DNA from: Felis catus
Taxonomy: Eukaryota
Direction of reading: 5' to 3'
NCBI RefSeq assembly: GCF_018350175.1
Contig: NC_058369.1
Span: forward strand, 14,944,001-15,008,000
Length of the DNA: 64,000 bases
Part shown: positions 37,332 to 49,760 of the stretch, one piece after another
Layout of the letters: each line of letters opens with the position of its first letter
Position numbering within the stretch: the stretch's first letter is position 1
The notes under the pieces: generated by a model
Databases searched by the model: none
Seen by the model: the letters and a program-made list of their open reading frames with translations, nothing else
Told to the model about the DNA's origin: nothing
Made by a program: the position numbers and the translations under genes

Positions 37332-38460
37332 GGTTTGGGTTTTTAAAAAGTTATATGCAGATATTACCTTCTACAAAATTGTCAGTAAAAAGAGAAGAGT
37401 CAATACCCTGCATGGTTGTGTCCATGAGCATTGGCTAAAACTGCCACGTAGAGATCTTTGTAAAGGACACACAGTTCCAAAGGCAAATTATAGAATTTTT
37501 ACATGTGGAAAGAGTTGCTGATTTCTCAACCACCAAAGATTTAGTATTTATTTAATCACGTGAACCATGTGTTCTGTCATTTGAGAAAGGAGGTCAGACC
37601 AGATGATGCCTTGGCCCTCTCCAGCTGTCGCCCTCGAACCCTGGCCCCAGGTGGTCTCTGTGGCGGCCCCTGGAGGCCCTGGACCCTGGAGGCCTGCAGA
37701 ACAGCTGACAGTGACCACAGCCCCGGCCTCTCCCTGAGCCCCGCTTCAGTGTTCTGACTCACCCTGGTTTTTCTTCCTTCCACCGATTGCCCACATACAC
37801 AGCAAATGCTTCCGGAATGCTTCTCCACGGGGGCCAAGACATGTGCTGAGCATCCTGACAAAGGATCGCCAGCCTGCTCTTAAGGTGCAAATTGGAGCAA
37901 AAACCTTGGTGGTTCTCACTCGGGCACCAGCGCCATCTGGGGGCGGGGGAATACATTACAGTCCAGGAGCCTGGGCCCCACCCCTGGAAATGCTGGATGC
38001 AGGGTGGGAGGGGAGGAGGCGGGAGGCATCTGTGTCTTCCCCAAATCTCCAGTGCTTCCAAGGAGCCGCCAGGATTGAGGATCCCAGGAACGAGTGAACC
38101 GGCCGAGGCCCAGCAGGAAGCACACATAACCCCACCAGGCTAGTCTGCCAGCCTCAAACCCTCCCTTTTATTGCCTTGCTCATCTGGGTGTTATTTTCCT
38201 CATATTTAATAAGTTACATCACTAAATTCTGCACATACAAGTATGTTTCTTGCTCACATTTGTTTCCTGCGATTCCCCTGCAAAAGCCTCTTATGGGTGG
38301 ACAAAGGCTCTGACCTCATCGCTCGTGACCTTGGACTTTATGCAGGCACAGCTAAATGGACCACGGAAGTGCTTCCCCACCCTCTACCCCAAGCCCTGCA
38401 GCCTTTCCTGAAGCCCCTGGGATTTCAGTAAGACCAGGGTCCACCCACAGAGCCTTCATC

Positions 38461-38462
<2 letters not shown>

Positions 38463-38496
<34 letters not shown>
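38463..38496. repeat. (AC)n microsatellite in CLEC3B intron 1
   Basis: About 17 AC units. Confidence 0.95.
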
Positions 38497-38497
<1 letters not shown>

Positions 38498-39403
38498 GGA
38501 AGATACTTCCCACCTGCCCCTGCCGGCCCACGCATAACCAGCTCCCAACGGGCCTTTGTGCTCAGGATGGCTCAGGTCAGGAACCTACTCATGTGCTGTC
38601 ACAAGGGTGGGGAAGGCCCAGCTTGGAGCCCGGTGGACCTGGGTTCGGGCCAGCCCTGCCTGCTGCTGGCTCTGAGATCTTAGGCGAGTTGCTTCCTCCT
38701 GGCTTCAGTTTGCTGTTTGTGATGCAGTGCGGTGCGATAGAAGAGAGACGCATTACCCGGGTCAGTAGGGTTGATTTAAGAGGCAAGCACTGTTCACACC
38801 CTTTGTTTCTCTTAGGCTCTAGTCTTCAGAGGTGGGGCCGTTAGCATCCCATTTCGCAGATAAGGAAACTGACTTCGGAGAGACTGAGCAACTCACCCCA
38901 GGCTGCTCACAGCCTTGTGACCTCAGAGCCCACGCACCTGTGCTGTCACACTCAGCCCCCAGGCTGGAGCGTGTGCCCTGCTGGGCCGTGTCCTGCTGCT
39001 CCAGCCTAGGGGGGTGAACTTGGCAGGGCTCAAGGGCATCTGGCTCTGCTTCCTATGCTTTGTTCTCCTCTGGAGCTGGGAGCAGCGTTGGGCGTGCACC
39101 CCCAGCCCCTGCCAACCCTGACCCCATCTGAACCCCAGCAATATTCCTAAACAAATGTACAGGTCTCACTTAAGGAGGAGCAAGTGAAGGATGGGTCCCC
39201 TCCCCCCAGCAGATGGAAAATCACAGTGACTTAGGCTACCACCAACGGGGACAGAGAGAAAGTAGTCCAAGATATCAAGGTCTAGGGGTGTCTTTTCCTT
39301 TGTCCCCTTGTGGTGGATACAGGTAGCGTTTATCCCACGCCATCCTTGCCGGCCCGCATCCTTAACTGCCTTCCTCACGGGTCTGTGATTGTCTCCATCC
39401 TAG

Positions 39404-39502
39404 ATGTCGTGAGCCCAAAGATGTTTGAGGAGCTTAAGAGCCAGCTGGACAACCTGGCCCAGGAGGTGGCCCTGCTGAAGGAACAACAGGCCCTGCAGAC
39501 AG
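39404..39502 (+). CDS. CLEC3B: CLEC3B exon 2: trimerising coiled-coil helix
   Basis: gtctccatcctag| ... cag|gtgagt; 99 nt; (D)VVSPKMFEELKSQLDNLAQEVALLKEQQALQT. Confidence 0.97.
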
Positions 39503-39943
39503 GTGAGTGTGGATGACAGCCTCTCCGGGCAGGTGTGGGCCAGAGGAGGGCTCAGGCGGCAGCCAGCAGTGTGCCTGCGGCCAGTACCGGGGCCCCGGCT
39601 GTAGGCCAAGAACCGAGGGGCTCAGGGAACCCCCTCCTCGGCCCGCTTCCTCTTGGGCAGGTCCCCGGACGTGTGTGCAAACGGGAATGTTCTCAAAGGA
39701 CAAAAACTCTCCCCCAGGAAGTGCATTGCCACCCACCGGAATCGTGGCCCCAGGAGCACTGTGGAGCCAGCCAGCAGCCTTCCTAAAGAGCTCCCAGAGG
39801 ACCGTCCCCTCAGCCAGCCCCACAGCCCTAAGGGGCAGTTGGCTTGCCTCCCCTGCGTGTCAGCAAATTTGCTGAAGCTGTCACTCTTGATCATCGTAAT
39901 GATGCTGAGGCAGGGTTTATCACAGCCATTTTAAGGAAACCTA

Positions 39944-40128
39944 GGGGCGGCCGGGTGGCTCCGTTGGTTGAGCAGCTGACTCTTGATTCCGAGTCAGATC
40001 ATGACCTCACGGTTTGTGGGTTCAAGCCCCGCCTCGTGCTGACCGTGTGGAGGCTGCTTGGGATTCTCTCCCTCTGCTAGTCCTGTTCTCACTCTCTCTC
40101 CAAATAAATAAGTAAATAAATTAAAAAA
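39944..40128 (+). mobile_element. CAN-SINE (diverged)
   Basis: ggggcggccgggtggctcc head and aaataaataa tail. Confidence 0.85.
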
Positions 40129-40879
40129 ATGAATATGGGGAAACCAAGGCAGAGACAGGTCCTGTTCCTTGCCCACACTCACCTGGCCGGTTAGTACAGA
40201 TTAGGGTCTGAATGCAAGCAGCCTGCGCAGGCTGGGTGGGAGGAAGGGTGGGTTTTGGTCTGCCTGGCCCTGCGCCAACCAGACAAGCCAGGATGGACCC
40301 CGTCACACAGCCCCAGAGCCCGGGGGCGAGGTCAGGGCTCTGCCACCTGCCCCAGCTCTACCTGGGCCACCTAGTCTCTCTCTCTCAACCACGTTCCTTT
40401 CATAGCGGCTCAGACTCGCCTACTCCTTTGCGACCTTGCCCCAGAGAACCAGGCTAATGGTAATAGATTACGCTTACAACGTGAGTTTGCTGCACGCCTG
40501 GCACTGTTCCAAGTGCTTTCTGTACGTGAACTCCTTCTCCGCAGAAAAGCCACGTAGCGGGGCTTATGACTAGGACCCCGCCTCCATTTTCCACCAAGAA
40601 GCTGAGTGTCTTGCCAACTGTCAGACGGAGCAGAGTCTCGCTCTTAGCTCTGCTCCGCTGCCTCTCAGGTTCTCATCTGGGAATCACCTTCGTCCCTTCT
40701 TAGGAAATCTGCCAACCTCCCTGTGCTCACAGCCACCCTCTCACTTAGGGTGACCGAGGTGCATCCAGCTCCTGAGCCTTGGATCTCCCCTCCCCTCCTG
40801 CGTCCTCGGAGACCTCCAGATCCTTCTCACTGGGCGGGTTTGCGCACGCTTCCTCCCACCAAGATCTTTCCTTTCAGCC

Positions 40880-41260
40880 TCCACACTGGCCATCCTTCTG
40901 GCCCTCTGAAGTGCCACGCTCTGTTCCTTCTACCACAGGGCCTTTGCCCATGCTGTTTCGGCAGCTTGAATTGCTCTCCCAAGATCCACCTAATACGTGC
41001 TTCTGGCATCACTGTCTCAGGACTCTCTCGTCCCTTGTCTCAATCAGTCTCCTCGGTTATCATCCTCACAAAATGATGTTCTTTCCTGCATCACATTTAC
41101 TGCAGTTTGTAATGATATATTCATTGGTTGATTTACGTCTGCCTCCTTTGCTAGATGATAAGCCCCAGGGACACAGGGACCATGTTTGCACTTGACGACC
41201 TTATCTCTTCCACCAACTTGCCCAACATAGTGCCTGCCACATATCAGCATTCAGCAAATT
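40880..41260 (+). mobile_element. L2 3' end fragment
   Basis: cacagggcctttgcccatgctgtt...ctagatgataagcccc...agggaccatgt...catagtgcctgccacata resembles the L2 terminus. Confidence 0.6.
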
Positions 41261-41269
41261 TCTAAAAAG

Positions 41270-41462
41270 AATTTTTTTTAATGTTTCTTTATTTTTGAGA
41301 AGGGGTGGGGAAGGACAGGGAGAGAGGGAGACACAGAATCTGAAGCAGGCTCCAGGCTCTGAGGTGTCAGCACAGGGCCCAACGCGGGGCTCGAACCCAC
41401 AAACTGTGAGATCCTGACCTGAGCCAAGGTCAGATGTCCAACCGACTGAGCCACCCCCGCCC
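41270..41462 (-). mobile_element. CAN-SINE
   Basis: SINE body; imperfect TSD tcagcattcagcaaatttct / tcagcactcactaaatttct. Confidence 0.9.
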
Positions 41463-41559
41463 TCAGCACTCACTAAATTTCTGAAGAGAAATGATTTTCT
41501 TCAACCAGCTTAACATAGCAGCTGGGGTCAGGGAGTTCTAGAAAGGGAAGGGTCTACCA

Positions 41560-41860
41560 TGTTTTGGCTTGCAGTAATAGAACACCTCATAGTAGATTAA
41601 ACAAAAAGGGAGTCTGAAAGAGGGTAGCTGTTGAGTTTTTGTTCAGAAGCTTTGCCTCACGGCCCCAAGATGGCTGCTCCAATTCCAGGCATCGTGAGTG
41701 CATTTTGAAGCAAGATGGAGAAAGAATGGACCAGCCATTTACCAGGAGAATGGAGGTCTTCTATTCCCATCTTGCTGATTAGAGCTCTATCGCAGGACCA
41801 CCAGTAGCTTCATTACAAGAAGGAAGCTTTTCCAGCCTCCGTAGTCGAGGCAGACAAGAG
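41560..41860. mobile_element. MLT1-like (MaLR) LTR fragment
   Basis: ggcttgcagtaatagaa...ccaagatggctgctcc...ccaggcatc motifs typical of old MLT1 elements. Confidence 0.5.
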
Positions 41861-42537
41861 AGAGAGGAGTTGGGAACCGATGTTGGTTGGATCAGCCGTT
41901 GTTGGTGGCAGTATCCGGGAACACCGAGGGAATGTTCCCAGTGAGCACAGTGCCATTCTGGGTGTCGGTTTCCTCCTCAGTACAGTGGGAGGTGCGTGGG
42001 CAGATTGCACAACAGGCCCTAAGTCTCTCTCTCTCATGTCTAAGCTTTGTGCTTGGACAAAGTCCGTGTAACCCGTGTGCCACTTGCCCCCTGAGGTGAG
42101 GATGTGGTGGGGACTTCCTGGCACAAAGCCTCTGACATATGGCAGTCCAAACACCGCCCCCACCCCATGCCTGCTGATTCCTAGGAGGTTCACGGCCTCC
42201 CAAGCTGATAGGGCCTTCCAGAATTCTCCCGCTTCGGGCAGAGATGTCCCCGCCTTTACACTCCCGCGTGCCCCAGGCCTTGGAGGTGGCACCCAGGAAG
42301 GGCCCTGACCTTGAGCTAGGGGCTGTCTGCAGCTGAAGGGCTAGCCTTACCACCTCTGGCATGGGGACGAGGGCTCTGCATCGGTGTCCGTCACGGCACC
42401 CCTTCTGGCCTGGGGGCCCTCCAGGGCCATGGGGGTGGCCGGGCGGGAACCGCAGGAGAGTGGGCCTGGCCCTGGAGGTCGGCCTTGGGCTCGGGAACCT
42501 GCAGACCTTGGGTGATGGCCATCTCTGCCCCCTGCAG

Positions 42538-42938
42538 TCTGCCTGAAGGGCACCAAGGTGCACATGAAGTGCTTCCTGGCCTTCACCCAGGCGAAGACCT
42601 TCCACGAGGCGAGCGAGGACTGCATCTCACGCGGGGGCACGCTGGGCACCCCGCAGACGGGCTCGGAGAACGACGCCCTCTACGAGTACCTGCGCCAGAG
42701 CGTGGGCGCCGAGGCCGAGATCTGGCTGGGCCTCAACGACATGGCGGCCGAGGGCGCCTGGGTGGACATGACCGGCGGCCACATCGCCTACAAGAACTGG
42801 GAGACGGAGATCACGGCGCAGCCCGACGGCGGTAAGGTCGAGAACTGCGCCGCCCTGTCCGGCGCGGCCAACGGCAAGTGGTTCGACAAGCGCTGCCGGG
42901 ACAAGCTGCCCTACATCTGCCAGTTCGCCATCGTGTAG
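42538..42938 (+). CDS. CLEC3B: CLEC3B exon 3: long-form C-type lectin domain and stop codon
   Basis: ctctgccccctgcag|; (V)CLKGTKVHMKCFLAF...IWLGLND...QPDGGKVENC...WFDKRCRDKLPYICQFAIV-TAG; six Cys. 109+99+401=609 nt, i.e. 202 aa plus stop. Confidence 0.98.
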
Positions 42939-43010
42939 CCAACGGCGGGCGGGGGAGGGGGGCGGTGCGGGGACCGGGGCGCCCAGCCCGGATCCCCGGT
43001 CGGTGGTGCA

Positions 43011-43016
43011 AATAAA
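43011..43016 (+). terminator. CLEC3B polyadenylation signal (AATAAA)
   Basis: AATAAA 72 nt after the stop, followed by a GT-rich downstream element (gtggctgtgtctgtgttggg, ~43038-43057). Confidence 0.8.
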
Positions 43017-43077
43017 GTCGGTGCCTCTGGACCCGGAGTGGCTGTGTCTGTGTTGGGCCCACCGGGCTAGGAGCTCC

Positions 43078-43282
43078 GGAGAGGTGGGGGGAGGGGAGGA
43101 GGAGGGTGGGGGGAGGGGAGGAGGAGGGTGGGGGAAGGAAGGAGGAGGGACGAGGGGAAGAAGGGAGGATGGGAGGGGAGTAGAGGAGGGGGAGGAGGGG
43201 GAGGGGAAAGTATAAAGAAGGGAGGAGAAAGGAGGAGGGGCGAGGGGAGGGGCAGAGGGGGAGAGGAGAGGAGAGGGAAGGT
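43078..43282. repeat. Polypurine (GGA/GAGG-rich) low-complexity tract
   Basis: About 200 nt almost entirely G and A on the + strand. Confidence 0.9.
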
Positions 43283-43394
43283 GAGCTGGACACACGGTTC
43301 ACACCACCAAGGGTTTCTCTGCAGGAGGATGGAAAATGAGGGGAGACTTCGATTCCCCCCCCCCCCCCGACTGCCTCTTTTCTTTGCGTAACAT

Positions 43395-43680
43395 TTTCTC
43401 GTTTAATTTCCTACTTACTGAAAAGTTGCAAAAATTCCCAGGTCCCCCTCCTCCCCATCTTCCAAAAATTAACATTTCCCCATATTTGCTTTATCCTTTT
43501 ATCTTTTTCTGGACCATTTGGCAGTAAAGTGCAGACATGATTCCCCTTGACCCCTAAATGCTTCCGGGTATTTACTTCCTGAGAACAAGGGCATTTTCTT
43601 ACATAAGCACAGCACCGTTATCAAAGTCGGGAAATTGACGCTGGCGCAATGTTGCTGTCTAGCTTACTGCCCTGATTCCG
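43395..43680 (-). mobile_element. L1MC-like 3' end fragment
   Basis: ctgaaaagttgcaaaaa...gcagacatgattcccc...cctaaatgcttc...aacaagggcattttcttacataagcacag. Confidence 0.7.
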
Positions 43681-45014
43681 ATGTCCAGGCTTCCTTTTGG
43701 AAACTCCACTTCCACGTGCTGGAATCCAGCATCCCCTCCCCAGCTCCAGAAAAGGGGAGACCCCCCCACCCCCTGCAATCCTTCCCGCTGTGGATCCATT
43801 TCTGGGATGCCCCGACATCTGAGTCCTGCTGAGGACTGAGGGGTTGGGGTGGGGGATGAGAGAGGAGGGTCCCCGCAAGATAATTTGCATTCCTGTCCTC
43901 CCCCAGCACACCCTGGGGGCCGATTTTTGCCAATACTGCCTGACTGGTGTATCTCCTCCTTCCCACTCCTTACAGGAAGCTCCAGGCTAGCAATGACACC
44001 CACCACTTGCTGAGCCCACCGGAGTACAGGAATTTTAAGTATGTTGCTTTATTTAATCTTATCCCCCCAGGACGGGATGTGCTATTATTCCCATTTTGCA
44101 GAAAAGGAAGCTGAAGCTCAGGGAAGTTAAGTGACTTCCCTTGGGGTCACCCAGCGAGTAAACGGCAGAGCCAGGATTTAACCCAGGGCTGATTCCAAAG
44201 GCCTTGGCCTTTCCACCACCGCTGTGATGTCTGTTTGCTCCATGTACTGGAACCTTCTGGAAATAAAACAATAGAAAAGTGGTGCAGTGACCCCCCCTCC
44301 CCCCCAAAGGCTACTGGCCAGCTCCTGGTGTGACCTCCCTAGGGGACACCTCCCTAGGGGAAGTCTTCCTTGTCCCATCAGTCCTGGTATCATTCCACAG
44401 TCTGGACGTCCACACCACCTTTTTCTCCCTGGCGGTTTTTTAGTGTATCTTGCCTTCAGGAATGAATTGATAACAGTTTGATTTGCTGCATGGCAGGAGG
44501 GTGGGCTGGGGGAGGTAGCTTATAGTGATCGGTGTGCGTACTTCATGTCAGTCAATCTGCTAGGCACTGACACGGGAAGCCTCTTGTGTAATTCAGTAAT
44601 TATGGGAAGAGGTAATACAATCCAGTTGTGGAGACAGGCTCAGAAGGCTGATGCCATTTGTTCAAATGCAAAGCTGAGACAAATCTAGGCCTTGCAGCCC
44701 TGAGTTTTGGGCTCTTTTTACCCCACTCAGCTGCAGGATGCAAGTGACCAGGGTTTTTTTTTCAGAGTTCCTGACGCGGGTGGCTGCCCGCAAGAGGGCA
44801 CCATGCCTCTGCGTGTGAGCACGGGTCCTAGTGGAGAGGTGTCACCCGGGTGCCTCTTGGGCAGGCAGCCAGCACTTCCCGCCTCCAGCAGCAGGTGGCA
44901 GTATGGCCAAGAGAATCGTTGTGCATCGCTAATAGGGCCACAGATGCTCTAACATTTGGAAAAACGGAGACCAGTGGATGGCAAACTGGGGTACACCTGT
45001 CCCAGGATCTTGTT

Positions 45015-45192
45015 TTTTTTAAGTTTACTTTGTTTTTGAGAGAGCGTGAGCGAGCAGAGGAGGGGCAGAGAGAGAGGGGGACAGAGGATCTGAAGCGGGC
45101 TCTGCGCCACGTGGGGCTCGAACTCACACATGGTGAGATCGTGACCTGAGCTGAAGTCTGATGTGTAACTGACTGAGCCACTCAGGCGCCCT
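45015..45192 (-). mobile_element. CAN-SINE
   Basis: SINE body; flanking tcttgttttt duplication. Confidence 0.88.
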
Positions 45193-45647
45193 TTTCTTGT
45201 TTTTATTTTAATTTTTGGCACTCTGTGTTTTTGGACTGTTGTGTTATGGACCGTTTGGCACTCATTTTGAGTATCACGTTGAAATATGAGTTATCATGAT
45301 TACTAAGGTTGTTTTTGTGTTTTGTTTTGTTTTGTTTTGGGTGCTTCCTTAAATTTTGTACCCCCGGGTGGCTGCTCCACACGGTGCTTTACTCACCTCA
45401 CTAGTCCTGGCCCCGGCTCAGAGGTACAAACTTTGGAGAATCTTCCAAGGTGTATGTAAGCAAGGATAGGAATTTGGGGTTTAGGACTTCAACTTCTCCT
45501 GGAAAGAAATGTCCTAATATTCCCCTGGAACTGATATTGAGGCCTCTTGTGCAATCGGCCTTTATTCTCTTCCTCATGCTGTGTTGCCTGGCGTGTAAGA
45601 AGCTTTGGGGATGCCGAACAAACGGACAATTTGAACTACTGGTCGGG

Positions 45648-45800
45648 CCGGTGGCTCTCAACCCTGGCCAGACATTAGAACCGCCTGCCCGGGCTGTACG
45701 CCGGACCAATTAAATCCGAATCTCCGGGGAGCGGGCCCAAGCACTGGAGTATTTGAAGCCTTCCAGGCAATTCAAAACAATAGCGGTTGAGAACTGCTCA
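45648..45800. mobile_element. MER5-like hAT-Charlie MITE
   Basis: Inverted termini ccggtggctctcaacc / ggttgagaactgct; internal ccaattaaatccgaatctc. Confidence 0.65.
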
Positions 45801-46029
45801 CTTTGGGAAGCCAGCTACCTATGAGGTTAGGATTTTGGAAACAGCCCAACAGCCCCAGAACATCTTCCTCTTTGGTCTGCCTCGGTCTGAATCTCCTAGC
45901 ATTCTAAGCCTAATGCACGCTAATCAGGATTGGCCAAAAGAAGTCTGGTTACTGTTTTATATTGATTTTGACAGGATGCAGAGGCTCAACTTGAAGGAGT
46001 TAGTAGAAGTTAATTTCACTAGAAAGTAG

Positions 46030-46440
46030 ACATGGTTATCCAGCTGGAATTAGACTTCGTTGCATATAATGAAAAATCCCAAATAACAGGGCCTTAAGAC
46101 AGAAATCTGGAGGCAGATCGTCCAATGCTGATATGGCATCTCTAAGGTCACAGGGTATTCAAGGTTCCCTTTATTTTTTCCATTCAACCATTATAGTGTC
46201 TACTTTCTGTCTTTGGGGTCACCTCATGGTCCATGATGGCGGCTGAAGTGCCAGCCATTATTACCCATATTCCAGGCATCGAGTAAAAGACAATGGAGAA
46301 TGGGCAAGAGAGTTCCAGTCAGCTCCCTTTAAGGACTCTTCTCTTTTCCTTATGTTTCATAGGCCAGAACTTTGTCAAATGCCTATCTGCAAGAAAAGAG
46401 GAAAAGTACAACCCTTTAGGTAGGTACCTTCACTCTCCAA
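46030..46440. mobile_element. MLT1-like (MaLR) LTR
   Basis: cccaaataacagggccttaa...catggtccatgatggcggctg...ccagccatt...attccaggca...ggccagaact motifs. Confidence 0.55.
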
Positions 46441-47009
46441 ATAAAACCAAATGTCTTTAAGGAAGAAGGGGTAAATGGTAGGTAACTAGCCGTTTGGAGT
46501 TGTAGTATGGAGCCATTGCAGACCCAAAGCCTGACCGTGGGAGGGAACTAGAAACTAGGAGGCCAAATTAAGTGATTTTGAAGAAGAAATGATTTGTTCA
46601 TCTTGTTCCCCCAAACTTGCTGCTGTGGGTCTTCCGACTTGTTTTTAGTTGGGCATCTGGGTCAAGCCCTAGGAATTTCAACAAATTCCTAGTTCCTAAG
46701 CACAGCCATCTCAGCCTCAGTTTGGGGTCAGTGGTCTCCCAGGGCAGCCGTCTTCCTGAAGAGCCCAGACCAAGAAAGGTGTAACCCCCAGGTGCTTCCT
46801 GCCTGCCCTTACCTGGGTGGTAGAATCAGTGATTGCCCGTCTGGGGTCAAAAGCCACAGGGCATACCTTGGCTGACCCTGGCTGCATTCTGTCTGTGAAG
46901 CTTTCTCTTTCACTCCCCTGGAGAGTTCGTTGCACACTGTATCACTTACGGTCCCAGCAGGAAGCCGAATCCAATTCAGGCAGTAAGAAGGATTGTAACG
47001 AAAGGCCTA

Positions 47010-48398
47010 TGGGAGGCCCTCGTTTTGCACCGTTCTGACAGATATGAATTTCAATTATGGATAATTTCAATTATTTTAAATGACGCCGGTCCCACAGCAA
47101 AATGGTTCCAATCTCCATTCCACTGGTGTATTATTCACTCTGAGCAATTGTCTCAAGCTTCAACGTAAGGTGTAGTTGGACTGCTGGCTCTTCAGACCGG
47201 AAATCACTATGTGAACAGCAGGTACGCTGTGTGATCGGTGACCAATCATGTCACCTCTTTCAAGACAGACAGCAAAGTATTCAGTCGTGTTGCCTCCTGT
47301 CTCCCACTGATGAACCCAGGGGACATTGTGCAAAGACGGAGACCTGAAACAGGGAACTGGCCAATGATGATGAAAATGCAGCCCAGCAATGAACCCTAAT
47401 AATGCAGCAGAGAAATCTGAATATAGACCGGGGAGGGGGCGTGGTTAGAGAAGAAACAGCTGATGGAGGAGTGACCCCGCTGCCTTTGGAGACTCCGTAT
47501 GGGGCTGGAGGAACTTAGGGAAGGTCAACTTGTAATACGTAAGTAAGAAAGTGAAGAACTGATGATGTCCCTGAAGAAGTGATGCCAGCAAAGTTCACGT
47601 GAGGGGAACTCTTGGGGGTATTTTGTGACTTTAATAGTAAGCAAGATGGGGACGCCGGGGTGGCTCAGTCCGTTGGACGTCCAACTTCAACTCAGGTCAT
47701 GATCTCACCCGTTTGAGTTCGAACCGACAGCTCAGAGCCTGGAGCCTGCTTCAGGTTCTGTGTCTCCCTCTCTCTGCTCCACCCCTGCTTGCGCTCTGTC
47801 TCTCAAAATTGATTTAAAAAAAATTTTTTTAAATAGTAAGAAAGATAGGGGCACCTGGGTGGTTCAGTTGGTTAAGCGTCTGACTCTCTTGATGGCACGG
47901 TTTCATGAGGTCGAGCCCTGGGTCAGGTTACATGCTGACAGTGCAGAGCCTGCTTGGGATTTTGTCTTCCTTTCTCTCTGCCCCTCCCCACCCCTCTCTC
48001 TCTCAAAATAAACTTAATTAAAAAAAAATTGCAAGATAAATGCTGGAAGCTGATCCAAACTTAGAAAGCAGTGTGACAATTTGCCGAAGCACAGAAAAGA
48101 TGCCCACTCTATAGCAAGATTAGCCGGCGGGGAGAAACATGCAAGGCACTGTTCAAATTCCTCCTGGCAAGACTTTTCCGAGGAAATACTTTCTCAGTGC
48201 CGGGGGTGATTCAAACTGTTGTATTTAATATTTGTGCCTTTTCTCTTACCAGCAGCAAGAGGGTTTTAATGTGTTCACGAACTTTTTGATAGGTGGATCG
48301 TAATTCACTCCATTGATCACGAAGGTTGTTTTGCACAATTGCAGCTTGCTTGGGCATTTTTACAGTCCCACGACCAGTGGATGACGTGAGGACTCCTG
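47010..48398 (+). mobile_element. Tigger13-like TcMar DNA transposon containing two + strand CAN-SINEs (~47648-47830, ~47848-48030)
   Basis: TA flanks (47008-47009, 48399-48400); imperfect TIRs tgggaggccctcg / tgaggactcctg; internal gtgaccaatcatgtcacctctttcaa and ggaagctgatccaaacttagaaag. Confidence 0.75.
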
Positions 48399-49547
48399 TA
48401 TTTACAGAGATATGGGCATTCTCAGCAAGTAAGCTCCCTGGCCACAGCAGGAAGCACCCTGTGGGGCAGAAGGATCAGCAGCGGGGGCTTGGGGGCCAGA
48501 TAGTGCTTCCTGGGAACCACTGAGCAGGAGCACATGGGAAGAGAGCTCTGTGCAGGGGGACACAACCACAGCCAGGAAATGCAGCCCGGAGCACAGAGGG
48601 GAGACTGGGAGAACTAGCCAAACACCTGCCTGTGCCCACCCTCTCAGCTTGACAGTGTGCTTCTTGCTCACTGGGTGAACCCCACTGAAAAGCAGCTAAC
48701 AGTACTGGGTCTAGGCAATGCGGTCTGCTCAGACTCCCGGGGCACAGGACAGGGGAGAGGTGGGTGGAGCCTGGACAGGGGCGTAAGTACATCGAACATG
48801 TGCTGTTATTTTTATGTCCATGCCCTGCAGTCAAGGAGGAAGTCACCTGCACCTCTGGTGCTCAGTGCTACCACCTCAGTAAGGACGAAGTGAACAGATC
48901 TGGGAATCCAGGTTTCCATTTTTTTCAATGTGTCCCGGAATTCCCTCGAGGCTGCTGGTCACATTGGCTGGGACGTAAAACAGAAAACACTCAGGGTCAA
49001 TGGGAAGGAGAAAAAGCAAAGTCCGTGTTTTTCAGCCAGTGTTTAGAAGAACCATTTCTGTTGAGAGTCCCCCAAACGCAGATGTTAAGCGAGACAGGCT
49101 GGGAAAGTTTCGAATTACCTTCTAAATACAACTGACAGAATGTCAGGGCAGGCAGGCCTGGGTACAGCTCTCAGAGGTTACTGCATATAAAGCATAGTGC
49201 TGGGGGGGGGGGTGGATCAGGTTTGCAAGCATTTTACTCTCTGATATGAGTTGCTGTAACTTACATAAGGCATTTCATGCGTTTTAGTTACAGCTTTGGA
49301 AATCTATAGGGGGGTCTGCGGCATTCATTAAACAAAAAGTTGCTATTTAAATAGAAAAGCAGTCTAGCCTTCTGCAGGATGCTGGGTCTCTCTCACACGG
49401 TCTTGTGTTAGGTCTTTTGCTGCCCACAGCTCCATTGCTCTGAGCTGATTCGGGGCTGCATCTCTATCCAGGAGGTCCCAGGCTCTGGAGGTCTCCCCAC
49501 TAGGCCCACGTGGCTAGTTTCTTTGTGAGAGGGTAGAGAGGATCGGC

Positions 49548-49760
49548 AAGGGAGAGTTCTTCACCTTCGGTACTGACATTTGAGGCCAGATGAGCCTTTG
49601 CTGTACAGGCGCTGCTGTGTGCACACGGCAGGATGTTTAAGGAGCTCCCTGACATCTGCCCACCAGCCACTCCACTGTGACAGCCCAAATGTCTGCAGAC
49701 ATTGCCACATGTCCCCTGGGGGAAGGCAAAAATCACCCCCTGCCCCCCACTGAGAAGTTG
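49548..49760 (-). mobile_element. MER20 hAT DNA transposon
   Basis: aaatgtctgcagacattgccacatgtcccctggggg...gcaaaa is the reverse complement of the MER20 5' part. Confidence 0.8.

Noticed and set aside
41892..43302. Long antisense ORFs (237, 222 and 163 aa) over CLEC3B exon 3
   Set aside because: Shadow ORFs caused by extreme GC content and the polypurine tract, giving low-complexity Pro/Ser translations.
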